DNA from: Seison nebaliae
Taxonomy: Eukaryota
Assembly (NCBI GenBank): GCA_023231475.1
Contig: JALJEE010003284.1
Location: 58,604-78,603 of the forward strand
Direction of reading: 5' to 3'
Length of the DNA stretch: 20,000 nucleotides
How positions within the stretch are numbered: the first letter of the stretch is position 1; every line of letters starts with the position of its first letter. Under the pieces are notes generated by a model. That model ran no database searches. It had not been told where the DNA came from and was given only the letters and a program-made list of their open reading frames with translations. Made by a program: the position numbers and the translations under genes. Positions 19,260 to 20,000 of this stretch are shown piece by piece.

Positions 19260-20000
19260 CTAGAGATATCGAGTTATAATGAAAAATTCCTGAATAATGA
19301 TTTCATCACATAAATGTAGTGTAGGATTACATAACATTTCACTCAATGGATAAAAGTTAAGGAATATTAATCTTTTTCGAACTGTGCTTTCCTCATTTCT
19401 TATCGACTTCCACATGTAATGGAGAAAACGAGAATTCATAAATTGTATGATCTCGGTCGACAATTTTAATGTTTGTCTAATAAACGGATTATATGATTTT
19501 TTGTAAGGTTCTAAGGTTCCACTCTTTTCCTGTTTTCCAGAACCCTTCAACATAAATTTTATATCAGGAATTTTTCTTAAAACTTCTACTATTTTTGTAG
19601 TTATCGATATCAATCGGATCTTATAAAAACTGTAAGCAAATGGTGCAACATGATGATCATAATTCATAACTATAGCTGATGGTGTTGGTTGTTTATCTTC
19701 GTATTTCTTTAAAACATCGTCCAATTGCTGTTCGATATCTATATAATGATCAACAACAATTTTACGGGATATCGGTATACCATGAGCTTGAAAGGTGAAG
19801 GTGAAATTGAGACCATAAATATCATTAACTCTAATGTTAGTGTATTGTTTCGCATCTTCCCATCCTATTTCTGTCAATTTGAACATTTTATAAACCACAT
19901 GTACAAATTGTCTCAATGTGGAGTCTCCCATGAATATGATATATTTATTTTGGATTTTCTTTTTCATATGTTCATCCGTTGAAAGTTTTCGAACTATTTT
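19260..20000 (-). CDS. NXPE family (neurexophilin/PC-esterase, SGNH-like) protein, C-terminal part; gene starts beyond the right edge
   Basis: Frame is open from the window end (KIVRKLSTDEHMKKKIQNKYIIFMGDSTLRQF). GDSTLRQ, QAHGIP and the C-terminal LHLCDEII...ITRYL* fit the NXPE C-terminal domain pattern. Confidence 0.8.
   Translation of the reverse strand, partial: KIVRKLSTDEHMKKKIQNKYIIFMGDSTLRQFVHVVYKMFKLTEIGWEDAKQYTNIRVNDIYGLNFTFTFQAHGIPISRKIVVDHYIDIEQQLDDVLKKYEDKQPTPSAIVMNYDHHVAPFAYSFYKIRLISITTKIVEVLRKIPDIKFMLKGSGKQEKSGTLEPYKKSYNPFIRQTLKLSTEIIQFMNSRFLHYMWKSIRNEESTVRKRLIFLNFYPLSEMLCNPTLHLCDEIIIQEFFIITRYL

Overview
AT-rich, gene-dense eukaryotic genomic DNA, most likely from an invertebrate animal (class V myosin with dilute tail, GAL3ST-like and NXPE-like genes), read in the standard genetic code. 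It is not prokaryotic, and the ORF track breaks real genes into exons. Genes I rebuilt by hand: the 5' end of gamma-tubulin (-, runs off the left edge); a 5-exon gene with a MULE-type/ZSWIM3-like N-terminal Zn domain (-); a degenerate galactose-3-O-sulfotransferase-like gene (-); a 9-exon myosin V (+, ~1833 aa); a DHHC palmitoyltransferase (-); a 6-exon COQ3 (-); an unassigned ORF (+); and the 3' part of an NXPE-family gene (-, runs off the right edge). Intergenic DNA holds a TA-flanked MITE and adjacent decayed MULE, pogo/DDE-1 and hAT transposase fragments. Main observation: all 19 introns needed to rebuild five unrelated genes begin GTT (consensus AA|GTTY), never GTA/GTG. Positions +4 to +6 are poorly conserved, 6/19 acceptors are AAG, and 16/19 introns are only 43-64 nt. 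This points to a lineage with a rewired 5' splice-site code. The only GTA donor candidate closes a putative 48-nt cassette exon at the position of vertebrate myosin V exon D. All gene models are manual and unconfirmed by transcripts.
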